A DNA stretch of 64,000 nucleotides from Lepidodermella squamata (lineage: Eukaryota; Animalia; Gastrotricha), in NCBI GenBank assembly GCA_047495785.1, contig JBLDXI010000054.1, positions 62,001-126,000 on the forward strand, given 5' to 3'. A program made the position numbers and the translations under genes. Positions 12,315-25,826 of the stretch are shown in pieces; positions within the stretch are counted from its first letter, which is position 1, and each line of letters opens with the position of its first letter. The notes under the pieces were generated by a model. That model ran no database searches. It was not told the DNA's origin and saw nothing but the letters and a program-made list of their open reading frames with translations.

Positions 12315-13435
12315 GTTAGCGGGAAAAATCTCTAACTGAGAACTTTCAATAATTATAAGGCGCGTATCAAATCTGAAGGAGCTGGTTTGAACGTGACCAG
12401 AGTCTCAAAATCGAAACTTTCACGTGAACCGACATCAAGCAGGCAGCAGCCCTGTGAAACCAACACAACGCAAAATCTGCCTAATTTAAGGAGCGTTGAT
12501 GTGTCTTGCCGTTTTCGATGCGTGTTGCACGCTCTTGCGTGTCTAAACTTGTTTGTAGCCTTGAATTTCGCTGATATATTAGATAAGCTGGATAGCTAGT
12601 TGAGTTGACCGAATTAACGAACCCGCAACCGAAGAGTTTCCCGTTCACAGATGCTCACAGGTGGTGATCTGGCTCCTTCTTGTTCACAGAATTGCGCGGG
12701 ACCAAGAATTGCTATTTCTGATTTTTTAATGTGAAATTAGCATAGCATAGCATAGCGTGTCCTTTATTCTATCTTTTCCTTCAATAATTGATCAACAATG
12801 ACAGCAATATCAATTGAGTACAAGCACAGAGACGAAGAGAAAATGGGAAGGAAAAATGATAAAAGAAAAATCACTCCGGTGTACCCGATTCGCCGGGCTC
12901 AATGTAAATCGTGTTCAATGTTCACGCCAGTCCAACCGACGCCACGCCAAGTGTCGGAGAAGGACCGGTAGCTATCCTTATCACCCAACACTTTATGACA
13001 CTTCCCAAATATATAAATTCATCAACTTCATTGTAACGCCAGTAGATAGAGAAGGGTAAGTTCTTTTGTAAGTTCATGAATTAATTTTTTGGAATAGTTT
13101 TCAAGCCCAAGTGTCCACCCGCCTCATCAAAAATGTCTACTATAATCAATTGCATGTTCTCCCACTCTTGCAATAAAAAAGCATTGATTGCTTTTTTGAT
13201 TGCTAGCAATATTAGCCACTCATTGTCAGTAAGGAGAATACCTGTTTTCCGTAATTTTACTTGCTTGAAGACTAAATTAAATACATCTATAATCTATAAA
13301 TAGCAAGGGCGACAAAGGAATTGTTATATTTCTGATTTATTAATTTGAAATCGATAAAATAAAATTTGAATAAAAAAATTATTCATAACCAAGGATGGGT
13401 GTCAGCTTCAGAGAATTCAGTTTAATACCACCTCT

Positions 13436-16400
13436 TTAATTTTTCCATCCTGGCCAGCCTCCGATACTGGGACTGGACCCTAGCGGAATCGCCGGCGTAG
13501 TTCCGACACTAGTGGTAGTGGTAGTAGTTGTAGTAGTACTAGTAGTTCCGACACTAGTCGTTGTTGTGGCAGCGGTCGTTATCAAATAGAACGGCATCGG
13601 TTTAGCCGTAACAGCTCCAGCGGCTCTTAGAGCGGCAATAGCCCCAGTGTTGCCGTATATCAGCGCCAAATCAAGGGGAGAATAGCCTTCGTCATTCAGC
13701 GCATTGAAATCAGCTCCAGCTTCAATCAACTCGGTCAAATCACTTGTTACTTCTCGAGCTGAGAGGATGTGCAGAAGAGTATCTCCCCTGCGCAGTTTTC
13801 GATTGATATCGTACCCCTTTTGAACCAGAAGCTTGGCAAAACCGTTAAAATCCAAGTATTTCGGAATAATTGTCAGACACGTGTCGTTGTTCTTGTTTTG
13901 AGAATTTACATCCAGTCCAGTCAAATTTGCAAATCGCCTGACCCGAAAAAGAGAAAGATCGGAATTCTTACAAGTCAACAAAAAGGCGTTATTCCCATCA
14001 TTGTCAACAGCCGACAAATCCGCACCCGACTCGGCGAGAAGATAGACTACACTTTCCGCGTATTCACTAGCTGCAATTATTAGCGGAGTTTTACCAGTTG
14101 ATTCTCGTTCTTCTAGGCCAATGCCGGGAGTTGCGATTAAAAATCTTGCCAGATCAACGTCACGTCCACGTGTCGCCAGATGTAGCAATGTATAATTTGT
14201 GTATCCGTATGAGGTTGAATTAATCCTAATTGTAACATCGGCACCTTTCGATATCAGATATTCATAGACTTGAACGCGATCTGGCGACTTCAGGTACATG
14301 GCTGCGACTACGAGTGGAGTTCTGCCTTCGTTATCCTTGTCCGAAACAGAATTTCCAACCTCCTCGATAGCGTATTTCACCACAGGGAGAGCAGGCATCT
14401 TCGAGATCCGACAAGCCTCGAAAATTATTTGATCCAACTTTTTCGAAGCCCCCTGCGAAACCAGGAATTTCAAGATTTCAAAATTCTTGGCCGTAGCGTC
14501 GAGAATCGCAGTTCTTCCGTTCGCTTCCAAATCGACATCTGCACCGAATTTCACGAGCAATTCAACCAGATCAAGGCGACCCTGTTCAGCTGCAAGCATT
14601 AGAGCAGATTTCTTGAATTTCGGGTGAATCGCATTTGCATCGCCGTCATTTTCGAGTAGAATCTGAAGCATTTCCAACGAAGCATTGTCCACACTCAAAG
14701 CAGCAGCCACCACTGGGATCGGTTGAAAGTAAGTCAATGTCTGGCAATCTACATAGTCATCGTGCTGTTCTATTATAAGAGCGTCTCCGCGGGCTTGATT
14801 GAGTCGAATCATTTCGCGAACAGCAGTAACGTTCCCAGTTTTGACTTTTCCAGCAAATTCCTAATGAAAACACATAGAGAAAAAATGACCAGAGTGAGCA
14901 CTCAAGCTAAAAGTTCAGAATCTTAATTTATTTTCAAAGTTGAATTTACTATCGCCGTTGCTCATCAAATTTTGCATGCAGATCAAGAACCAATTTTCCA
15001 CCTCAAATCTTATACAACGTGAGAGAGCAGCTCGCGTTCTTCATGCAAGCATAATTTGATGAACAACGCTTGAAATGGTTTTAATCAGGATCTTAGAGCT
15101 AAGGGTTTACGAGCTAGACAGTGATCCGACTAGGTCCAGCTCTGAGAGGGGTAAATCGAGCCACTTCGAGCCCAAAATTAGCAAATCAACAGGTGGGACC
15201 CTTATTTTTTAAGAAATTTTCGAATCGTTTACCCCACTCAGGGATCGTTTACCCCCGTTAGTTTGCCATTAATAACGCCTCGAATCGTCAGATGACGGAA
15301 TGAGCGCTGTCTTCCACATTAGGAAAGCGGTATTAACAGCGTATGAGTGGTATGACTTGAAATTAGAACCCACCGCGATAAGCGTTTCATTCCGCACAGC
15401 TTTTACGGCTGATCGGGTAGTTGTGCTGGTCTTCATTGCAGCAGTTGATCTTGCCTTGAAAATAGCTCCCACAATCGGTTGCAGACCATCATTAATTGCC
15501 TCGTCACTTGGCGTTAATGGCCAAATTTTAGGTGAAGTTCTTGTTGCCGGTGTCGTCGAAAATGTGGACGAACTCGTTGTTGTCGAAGTTACCGGACTGT
15601 TCGATGATTTCTTGACTAACTCACTGGCCAAGGCAGCACCTCGTCTTCTCAAATTGCCGTAACTGAATTGACTTCCCATCATTTTCGCGATGTCCAAGGC
15701 AGTATCGCCCCTGTCATTTGTTGCATTTACATCAACGCCGAAATCGAGCAAGGCCACAAGAGTACGTTCCCTATCTCTATCATGTGCTGCGGACATGAGA
15801 GCGGTATAGCCGGAATCATTAGCCCTAACGTTGAAATCGTAGCCTTTACTGGCTAAGTACTGCATTATTTCAACAAGAGCCCAGTCGCTCACTTGCCAAC
15901 CATTGCGAAATTGAAGGCGATAGTCGCAGGCTGCATATTCAGACCTCGAATTGACGTCATTCCGTCCGATTTCAATGGTAAACTTGATAAATGGTAAGAG
16001 GCCCGACCCGGGACGATTAATTTGACAAGCTTGAAGCAGCATATTAGCACTTTGGTTATTACGAGCCTGCGCATCCGCCCCTTGGTCGATCAAATATTGA
16101 AGTAGACCGAGGGAATAGCCAGTTTTTGACGCGATCAGCAAAGGCGTGTTGCCTTCCTTGTCCCTCGCATTGACATCCATGTTGAACTGTTCGACCAGTA
16201 ATTTAGCAAAAGGTACTGGATCACTAGAGTCAACCCGGCAAAGTATGTGAAGGGCAGTTTGTCCGGCGGAATTCCTGGAATCTGGAGATTCGAATGGTAA
16301 CAAGTAGTAAACAAGCCGGAGATAGTCTTGAGTGATTGGGCCGTCAAAGGCAACCATCAACGCCGTTTGGTTCTTCTGATCTCGAGCATCCGTCTTTACT

Positions 16401-16870
16401 GCGTACTTTTCAACGAGAAGTCTCGCTAGGTCCAGCCGGCCAACTCTTGCTGCCCAGAGAAATGAAGTTTTTGAATCAGCCCTAGCATCGATCACCTCCA
16501 CAAAATTCTCTCCGTTTCGCTGTTTGTTGAAGCCATAATTCCTCGCCTCAACATTTGCACCATTTCGTAGTAGTAATTCGACCATTTCGTAGCTCTGATT
16601 TGTTCGAATTGCATTCACGATAGCTGGGGCTCGGTTTCCTGGTCGGTAAATTGCCGTTGAACTTGCATTAGCAAGGCCCGAATTCAACATTTGCTGAACG
16701 GTAGAAATTTGGCCTGACATAACAGCTTGGCTCAAGGCCTAAATGGACAACTTAAAACCTGAATATGCCGAGCATGTGAAAGGTCTTACGCTGTCGTAAT
16801 CGATCGCCCTTGCGTGAATGATTGTACTCAAGAAACATAATTCAAACAAAATTACGTAGATGGATATCAT
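13436..16870 (-). CDS. Secreted double-ankyrin-module protein, copy 1 (intact, 956 aa); exons 16870-16790, 16738-15374, 14860-13436
   Basis: Exon 1 MISIYVILFELCFLSTIIHARAIDYDS|gtaag. Ankyrin consensus (G.TPL..A, GADVN) in exons 2 and 3. Donor GCG|GTGGGT and acceptor TTAG|GAATTT, both phase 0. Thr-rich tail ending GGWPGWKN. Confidence 0.85.
14873..15060. mobile_element. One arm of the CATAG-terminal MITE family in intron 2 of ankyrin copy 1
   Basis: catagagaaaaaatgaccagagtgagcactcaagctaaa matches the TIR of 43011-43416. Confidence 0.65.
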
Positions 16871-16963
16871 TTGACTTCAAAATTGAGATTCTAAAGAGAA
16901 ATAATGCAAATAATGCTTCAACGAGACGTGAACATTATTTCAGCTAATATTGAACAATACTGA

Positions 16964-17365
16964 CACGATTTTACTTCAGCATTCTCATGCGTGGTCAGCC
17001 AGATGAGCCTCAAGGTTTTTTCAACTTGAGAGAATAAGTTTTTCTAATGAATCACTATTAAATTGTGTTCACGCTTGGGAAGAGAGGCGAGAGCGAAGTA
17101 CGGCTAGGGTTCATCCGCAAGGTGAAGACGAAGACAAAAGGGGACCCTTAAGTCGTTTTTCCATACGTGGCGGTATAGTATGTATGTGTATTTATAGGTA
17201 AATGGCAATCATTTGATATTAAAATCTTTAGCATGTTGTAAACGATTTGAAATGTCCAAAACTAGATGAAACGAATGATTTTCATCAATTATTAAGATAT
17301 AAAACACGATTCTACTACGGCATTGCTGAGCGTGGTCATCCAGGTTTGCCAAAGTGGTTTTTTCC
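16964..17365. promoter_or_regulatory. Conserved upstream block of the ankyrin genes, present here as two tandem copies
   Basis: cacgattctactacggcattgctgagcgtggtcatccaggtttgccaaagaggttttt recurs ~90-120 nt upstream of every exon 1: twice in copies 1, 2, 3, 6 and once in copies 4, 5. Regulatory role is inferred. Confidence 0.5.
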
Positions 17366-18240
17366 CATCTGGGGAATTGTGTTTTTCTTATACTCAATAA
17401 CGTGACGCTATTGTATGTTCAAGTCAGCGTCTTGTTTACATTGTCACCCAGTTTGGCATAGTGGCCACTGTTTACAGAGGCAAAGGATTTTCTGAATTCT
17501 GACAAAATCTCCGCCCATCATTTCGAAATCTGGTTTTATCGTCCGAAGAAGGTGCTTCTTTGCCGATAATCATAGACATAATTTAGGACTGCTTACCCAC
17601 GAGAAAAAGGGTGCTCTAAATTCTAAATTCTAATATTCATTGTTCATTGATATCATATGAATAGGGGAGACGAAATATGTAAAAGTGCTACGCCATTGAC
17701 GTCAGATGGTCAGCTGATTCATCAGCTCTTGGAGGAAATCTCAGTTAGCGCAGAGGCTATTATATTTTATTTTAATTTCCGGACGTGCCACAAGCACAAA
17801 AAAAACCAGGCATCCAAATATATCGTCGAGAGCTCATTTCCTTGAGGTCTTATAGGCACTTGAACAGTTTGAAGGCTTTGAAGTTTCAGTTAGCTATTTC
17901 AGAAGCAAAGCCACCTTCTTGCAGGATAATTGCGAGGAAGTCGTGCAACCGCTTCAGTTTCACCTCGCCATTGACTTCCAACAGCTTCGAATTCGCAACA
18001 TGCTCGGTTTTCTCAAAAATCAGTTGGCTGGGCATAGTTGAACGCTTTATGACAGGCTGGTGGGTTTGATTGCAATGCTTCTTCACCTACAGTATGCCGA
18101 ACAGTAAGCTCCTCGTCATATCAAAACAAGCGCCATGCGTGGAGGAGCGTCGGTCGCAGTCGATAACAGGACCTGAAATCAAATTCGGTCAACACTGCCC
18201 GACTGAAGCAATAACATACGCGTAATAATACTTTGAGTGG

Positions 18241-18718
18241 CAGAGGTGGAAACAGGTCGGGTTGACCGGCCGGTAAGTCGACCGGTTGCCGGTTGGGTTA
18301 GGTCGCCGGTTGGGTATGGGTCGACTAAATTTCAGCCGGTTGACCGGTAAATTGGATTGGTAAATGAAAGCCATAAATCAAGCAAATTTAACGCGGTAGT
18401 GAGACTTCCGCGAGAAATTATTCGCGGCAGGCGTGGTAAGGAAGCTTTTATCAACAATGCGTGGCTGGCCTGCGCTAATAAATTTTCAGAATTTTGGTTA
18501 TTCATAGTGGTTGAAAGACATTTGAATTATAAAGAGAGCAGTTGCATGATTCACGCTGTTTTTGTTTGGGAAACTTGCTCTTGAAACCGGTAAAAAGCCG
18601 GTAAACCGGCGTGGGTACACCGGCTTTCTACCGGCTTGGGTTGCCGGTGGGTGACCTGGGTGCCGGTTGGGTCGCCGGTCGGGTTGGGTCGCGTTTTTCC
18701 GACCTGTTTCCACCTCTG
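18241..18718. mobile_element. hAT-like MITE
   Basis: 20-bp TIR CAGAGGTGGAAACAGGTCGG, 8-bp TSD TTGAGTGG, subterminal accgg repeats. Confidence 0.85.
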
Positions 18719-18747
18719 TTGAGTGGTATTGCCACCAAGATGACACA

Positions 18748-18941
18748 AGCTTGCGGGCGACTCGTCCGATCATATCCTGGGGGTTGAGCCGCTCAGAAAA
18801 TCGTGAAACTACAGTTATCACGTCCGTCTGCATGGGTGGGGTTATTCTTCGCTTCACGAATGAAGCCGTGAAAACCGTTACTGCCTGAGTTTCTGAGCGG
18901 CTAAACCCCCAGGATATGATCGGACGAGTCGCCCGCAAGCT
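18748..18941. mobile_element. Fold-back MITE-like element
   Basis: ~51-bp near-perfect inverted repeat agcttgcgggcgactcgtccgatcatatcctggggg...; TSD not evident. Confidence 0.65.
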
Positions 18942-19558
18942 CCTTCCGAGTTATTCCAAGTTGAATTTAACAAAATGCGACATACAGAGAGGCTCGCGAT
19001 GTGCCAGCCGAAATCTTGTTTTTTAAAATGGTTTTCATTCGCGAGCGATCTTGAAAATGGGTTTGCTGACCTGGTACTTCCCACACGCTCACCGCACAAC
19101 GTTGAACTTTGGCTCGAACAAATCAGGCAAGATTCTTCTTTCTAACGGAAAGTTGGCTCGAGGAAAGATTCTACGATTTGGCAGAATGGCAAGCAAACAA
19201 CTTTAACCAACTTTTATGGGACAGACTGTATTAGCCCATTTTAGAGTAAAAATCTTCAACCGAGAAGCGAGGTACGCTACAAATCTGAATAAGCTGGCTT
19301 GAACGCGAACAGAATCTCAAAACAGAATCTCTTGTTCACATTAGGGTGTCCAAACTTGTTGGTAGCGTTGAATTTTGAACCGATGACTTTCCCATTTACA
19401 TGTGCTCACAGGTGGTATGGTTATACTTCTCGGTAAAAGACGACAATCCCACGAATCTCCGATTTATTAATGTAAAATAAGGACAATTAAATTTGAATTT
19501 ACAACTAATATTCATAACGAGCTATCAGCTTCAGAAAAGTCATTCTAGTGCTACTTTT

Positions 19559-19629
19559 TCAAGTTTTCCATCCTGGCCAGCCTCCGAGACTGGGACTTGA
19601 CCCCAGCGGAAGTAGCGTATTACCGACAC

Positions 19630-19661
<32 letters not shown>

Positions 19662-22600
19662 GTAGTAGTAGGAGCGGCAGTAGTAGCAGCAGTACTAGTA
19701 GTTGCGACACTAATAGTAGTAGTAGTAGTAGTAGCAGTAGTACCGGCACTAGGAGTAGTACTACTAGTGGTTCCGACACTAGTCGTTGCTGGGGCATTGG
19801 TCGTTATCAAATAAAACGGCATCGGTTTAGCCGTAACAGCTCCAGCGGCTTTAAGTGCGGCTATAGCCCCAGTGTTGCCGTATATCAGCGCCAAATCAAG
19901 CGGAGCATAGCCTTCGTCATTCAGCGCATTAAAATCAGCTCCAGCTTCAATCAACTCGCCCACATTACTTGTGAATTCGCGAGCTGAGAGGATGTGCAGA
20001 AGAGTATCTCCCCTGCGGAGTTTTCGATTGATATCATATCCCTTGTCGACTAGAAGCTTGGCAAAACCGTCAAAACTGCGGTATTTCGGAATAACGGTCA
20101 GGCAAGTGTCGTTGTTCTTGTTCTGAGAATTCACGTCCACTCCAGTGAAATTCGCAAATCGCCTGACTCGGAAAAGAGGGAAGTCAGCATTCTTACAAGT
20201 CAACAAAAAGGCGTTATTCCCATCATTGTCTACAGCTGACAAATCCGCACCCGAATCCACGAGAAGATTGGCTACACTTTCCTTGCTTTCACTAGCTGCA
20301 ATCATTAGCGGAGTTTTACCAGTCGATTCTCGATCCTCTAGGCCAATGCCGGGAGTTGCGATTAATAATCTTGCCAGATCAACGTCATTTTCACGTGCAG
20401 CTAGATGTAGTAACGTATAATTTGTGTATCCGTATGAGGTTGAATTAATCCTGATTGTAACATCGGCCCCTTTCGATATCAGATATTCAAAGACTTGAAC
20501 GCGATCTGACGACTTTAAGTACATGGCTGCGACTACAAGTGGAGTCCTGCCTTCGGTATCCTTGGCCGAAACAGAATTCCCGGCCTCCTCAATAGCGAAT
20601 TTCACCACAGGGAGAGCAGGGATCACAGAGATCCGGCAAGCCTCGAAAATGATTTGATCCAAGTTTTTCGAAGCTCCTTCCGAAACGAGGAATTTAACGA
20701 TTTCAAGATTCGTTGCCGTAGCGTCGAGAATCGCCGTTCTTCCGTTCGCTTCCATATCAACATCTGCTACGAATTGCACGAGTAATTTAGCCAGATCAAG
20801 GCGATTTTGTTCAGCTGCAAGCATTAGAGCAGATTTCTTGAATTTCGGGTGAATCGCATTTGCATCGCCGTCATTTTCGAGTAGAATCTGAAGCATTTCC
20901 AACGAAGCATTGGCAACACTCAAAGCAGCAGCCACCACTGGGATCGGCTGGAAGAAATCGCCGGTGTAGTAGTCGTTGTGCTGTTCTATTATGAGATCGT
21001 CCCCGCGGGCTTGATTGAGTCTAATCATTTCGCGAACAGCAGTTATGTTCCCAGCATTGACTTTTCCAGCAAATTCCTAGTGGGAACAAAACTTTTTCAA
21101 ATTTTGTAAATTCATAAATTTTTAACACATTTTATTTAGAGTGTTTATCCTCAAGCTGGGGGTGCTCCATTTTCTATTGTACCTTCACCCCGATATTTCG
21201 AATTGAAGGATCCGCCATCGATATTGCAAAGAGCGAAGTACCGACGGTAGGGATCATTCCTATACCAATACTTCGCTCTCTGCGGTGAAGTCAACTATTA
21301 TTACTTATTTTATATTTGTATGGTATAACATGAGTAAAACGTTTATATCTGTACGGAGCCGCCCGAGATTTACGAATCGAAACGAGCCGGAGGCGAGTTG
21401 AGATGAGTAAATCGAGTGCGGCGATTTTATGTTATACCGTAAAATATCGAATTGTCAAAGCTACTCGACCTATATTTCTGGGGACAATTCTATATTTATA
21501 TGCAAATTTTAACACACCGAAATACGCCATTCATTCCGTACAGCTTTCACGGCTGATCGGGTAGTTGTGCTAGTCTTCATTGCAACGGTTGATCTTGCCT
21601 TAAAAATAGCTCCAACGATCGGCTGCAGACCATCATTAATTGCCTCGTCGCTAGGCGTTAAAGGCCACATTTTAGCGGAATTTCTTGCTGCTGATGTCGT
21701 CGAAATTGTGGATGAACTCGTTGTTGTCGAAGTTACGGGACTGGTCGATGATCTCGTGACTAACTCACTGCCCAAGGCAGCACCTCGCCTTCTCAAATTT
21801 CCGATACTGAATTCGCCGTTTATCAATCTCGCGGCGTCCAAGGCAGTTTGGCCACTGTCATCAGTTGCATTTACATCAACGCCAAGATCTAGCAAGGCCA
21901 CAAGAGTGTGCTCCCGATTTTTATCGCGAGCTGCGGACATGAGAGCGGTAAAGCCCGAATAGCCCCTAAGGTTAAAATCGTAGCCTTTACTGGCCAGGTA
22001 CTGCATAATTTCAACAAGATCCCAGTCGTTAACCTGCAAACCATTTCGCCACTGAAGGCGATAGTCGCAGGGTGCAGCTTTCGACCTTGAATTGACGTCA
22101 TTCTGTCCGATTTCGATGGCAAACTTGATAAATGTAAAAAGGGCCGAACCAGCACGATTAATTTGACAAGATTGCAGCAACATATTATCACCTTCGTTAT
22201 TACTCGCCAGCGCATCCGCTCCTAGGTCGAGCAAATATTGGAGTAGACCGAGGGAATACCCAGTCCTAGCCGCGATCAGCAAAGGCGTGTTGCCTCCATT
22301 ATCCCTCGCATTAACATCCATTTTGAACTGTTCCACTAGTAATTTGGCAAAAGGCACGGGATCAGCAGTGTCAACCGCGCAAAGTATGTGAAGGGCAGTT
22401 TGTCCGGCGGAGTTTCTGGAATCTGGCGATTCGAATGGCAGCAAGTAGTAAGCTAGCCGGAGATATTCTTGAGTGATTGGGCCGTCAAAAGCAACCATCA
22501 ACGCCGTCTGGTTCTTCGGGTCTCTAGCATCCGTCTTTGCTGCGTAATTTTCAACTAGCAGTCTCACTAGGTCCAGTCGGCCAACTCTTACTGCCCAGAG

Positions 22601-22983
22601 GAATGGAGTCTTTGAATCGTCCCTAGGACCGATATAATCCAAAAAATTTTTTGCCTCGACATTCGCGCCATTTCGTAGTAGTAATTCGACCATTTCGAAG
22701 CTCTGGTTTGTTCGAATTGCATTTACCAAAGCCGGGGCACGGACTCCCGATCGGTATTTCGCCGTGGAATTTGCTTTACCAAGGCCTGAATTCAACATTT
22801 GACGAACAGTAGAGATTTGTCCCGACATAACAGCTTGGTTCAAAGCCTATATAAATGAACAGCTCAAAACGTGAAGACGCTAAAACATGTTCAAGATCTT
22901 ACGTTGCCGTAATCGATCTCACTTGCGTGAATGATCACACCAGCGAAACATATTTCGAACAAAATTACGTAGATGGATATCAT
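19559..22983 (-). CDS. Secreted double-ankyrin-module protein, copy 2 (intact, 975 aa); exons 22983-22903, 22846-21518, 21076-19559
   Basis: Same exon structure and phases as copy 1. Longest Thr tail, encoded by (ACT)n; ends GGWPGWKT. Confidence 0.85.
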
Positions 22984-23795
22984 TTGACTTCCAGATGGAT
23001 TTCTAGAGATTACAAAGAGAAATGTTAAAGAATGCCGAAATCAAAGAGACATGCATTTTTTAGCTTTCATTAAACAAAAAAAGCACGATTCTACTACAGC
23101 ATTGCCGTGCGTGCTCAGTCAGGTGTGCCACGAGGTTTTTTCTACCCTGAGGAATTGTATTATTCTACTTGAGTCTTAGGTAAATGGCAATCATTCGTCA
23201 TCAAAATCTTAAATATTTGAAAAATGCTCAAATCTTGGAGACACGAATGATTTTCAGCTATTATTAAGATATAAAAACACGATACTACTGCGGCATTCTT
23301 GCCGAGCGTGGTCATCCAGGTTTGCCAAAGAGGTTTTTCATGTGGGCATTCGTCTTTTTCTTCTACTCAATAACGTGACGCCATTGTGTGTTTAACTCAG
23401 CGTCGTGTTTACATGGTCACCCAATTTCGCATCATGGCCACTGTTTACTGAGGCAAAAGATTTTCTGAATTCTGACAACAATTCCCATCATTTTGAAATC
23501 TGGTTTTAGCGTCCGAAGGAGGCGCTACATAGACCAAATATTTATGCAGTTTACCTTCTTATTGATATTAATGTATATTTTGAAATCGGAAGGAGAGAAA
23601 AAGAGATATATCACGCCACGTTGGGGTTCGCTGGGTGATCCTTACCCTTTGACGAAGGAGGACAGTTCTGTTGATATTAGGTAGCTGAAATCGGGAGAGA
23701 GTACAGTAAACAAAAGGAGAACATGGCGTGATTACTCCGGCTGCAGCGTCCCTTATAACGACCAGTTGGAGGTTTCCCTGATCTACCACATCGTA

Positions 23796-23993
23796 CCGTA
23801 TTACCGCGCTTTAAGTGTCATGCAACTATAGCTCGTTATTTAGTGACATGTCACTATACTCCGTTTATAGTGGCATGCCAGATTAAATTTCAATGCAAAA
23901 CATTAGGTGCCACTATAAACGAGGTAATTCAAAATGGGTCGAAAACCATGTTTCACTTTATAATGGCATGACACTTAAAGCGCGGTAATACGG
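23796..23993. mobile_element. Tc1/mariner(pogo)-type MITE
   Basis: TIR CCGTATTACCGCGCTTTAAGTGTCATGC, TA TSD. Confidence 0.85.
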
Positions 23994-24748
23994 TAGCAAT
24001 TTTCACCTACTTCAAGTCATATCTCTCAACTGTGACGATCAAGTCTGATTTCGTGCCAATTCGTTTTAACTCTCAATTATGCTTCATGGTCCATCGAATG
24101 TTTATTATTGATTATTGTCTAAATAGTTGCAGGCTATATCTAAGATACATGAACACTCTCATTGTTTGTCCTTTAAAATTGGCAACAATCACCCTCAAAA
24201 TGTAAAATTTTGCAAATTATGCATGCATTTAACCCCTCGCTTCAGGATTAGGAGGAGGATTAGCAGTATTAGGAGCGAGACTGGCGGTGGTGGCGTCGGA
24301 CTTCATGTTGCTAAGATTAGCATGGGTTAACAAAGACGAGAAAGTGCTCAATGCTCAATATCTATTTTAAATTTTATCCAATCAAACTCATTGGCTCTGT
24401 TCGCGCTACTTTATGTTAGGTAAATGAGCCGCCACAAGTGAAAACCGTGGGTTACGCACTTCTGTAAAATGTTCGCCAGAGTGCAAAGAAGGTTGGATAG
24501 GTTTGATTTATCGAAAATGACTTTTCGCCATTTTCTAATGCAGTTTTTCATGGGTAATCTCATGGTGCAATCCGTGTTTATCCCCGATGCGTACTTTTCA
24601 GGCTATAAGCCATTATTGTGGAGGCATCGAAAATGTAAAATTAACACACTTGTCACCTTGTGCGCACTTTTGCGAGGTGCGGGTAAAATTCTTTCCCATT
24701 GCATTTTTCGCGCGAGAACCCCATATTCATTTTGAAGCTTGTTGCTTG

Positions 24749-25190
24749 CATGTGACGTAGATAGGACGCCGCACTCAGAGCACGCCAGAAGACAAGAAGA
24801 CGTGTTCACTTTTTTCCTCATTAATATTCAGAATAATTTGCAGCTTAAAAAAAATAAAATGGTGGGGCTCATTTTGAAATTGTTTAATAATTAAAATTTA
24901 AAAATTTAAAATTAATTAGTTCAAGTTTCGAAGATCGCAAAAAGTAGTGATTTGGCGCGGTTTCCGAGACGAAACAAAGAGGAGATGCATCTTTAAAGAT
25001 GAACTAAGCTGATGAAATGGCACCATCTGCTCAAAATTACACAGAAATAGCAAGAGAAATATTTGGGTGGAAAATAATGAGATGATTCATCTTATTAAAT
25101 TTGAAAAGATGAACTTTGCCCCTTATTAGTCTGACTTCAGTTTTTCGTGTCCGAAAACCTCTTAGTGCGGCGTCCTATCTACGTCACATG
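24749..25190. mobile_element. MITE with 8-bp TSD (P or hAT superfamily)
   Basis: TIR CATGTGACGTAGATAGGACGCCGCACT, TSD GTTGCTTG. Confidence 0.85.
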
Positions 25191-25826
25191 GTTGCTTGCA
25201 GTATTTTTAGACACAAAAACCGCCGATGAATTCCAAACTTGACTTTTGACGTCATTGCGTCGCATGCGTGCGATCAAAAATACTCGCTATTAAATTGGCG
25301 TTTTTTACTTGTTTTCGGCACTTTTTCCCACCAATCACGTATCATGAGGCTTATTCCTCAACCTTTTATCACAAAGCATCTCAATTTCCGGTAACTCGAT
25401 GTCCCTCGAACTAGGAGGAAGAACGCTTGGTGTGCTAGAATTGAGTGATGAAAATAAAATGGGACTTGATAGCAATCAGAAACGCAAACATTTCACCCCT
25501 ATTTTGAAAGTCATTTAAGGGCTATAGGATTCAAGCGTCTGAGTTGTCCTGGGCAAATAATATCAAGGCGCAGATTCTCGCAGCGTCATATTAAAAGTAC
25601 AAATTATGTAAGGTATGCCTATGCTGAAACGCCAAAACTTGAATTTTCGCCGAGGACAACATTGTCGCGCAAAATTTGTATGCGATTCATCCATGTGATC
25701 TCTGGTTTCATTCCCTTATTTGAAAGGGCTGAAATGGCCCAACGGACTTTTGAAAAAAATGGCGTAAAGCCCCTCAGAAAATTAATGTCATCATGCGAAA
25801 ATGAAGTAGAACATATGTTAACTTAA

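Noticed and set aside
15300-15662. Recurrent plus-strand ORFs (…VDLALKIAPTIG…) opposite each module B
   Set aside because: Antisense shadows of conserved coding sequence; starts are inconsistent between copies.
13436-16735. Two separate ankyrin genes (types A and B) as in the ORF track
   Set aside because: Type A has no signal peptide or separate first exon and is preceded by a conserved acceptor; type B ends in a conserved phase-matched donor.
18498-18938. 146-aa ORF
   Set aside because: Spans two adjacent MITEs and has no recognisable domain.
19540-19814. Poly-Leu and poly-Val membrane-like ORFs
   Set aside because: Alternative-frame and antisense readings of the (ACT)n Thr tail.
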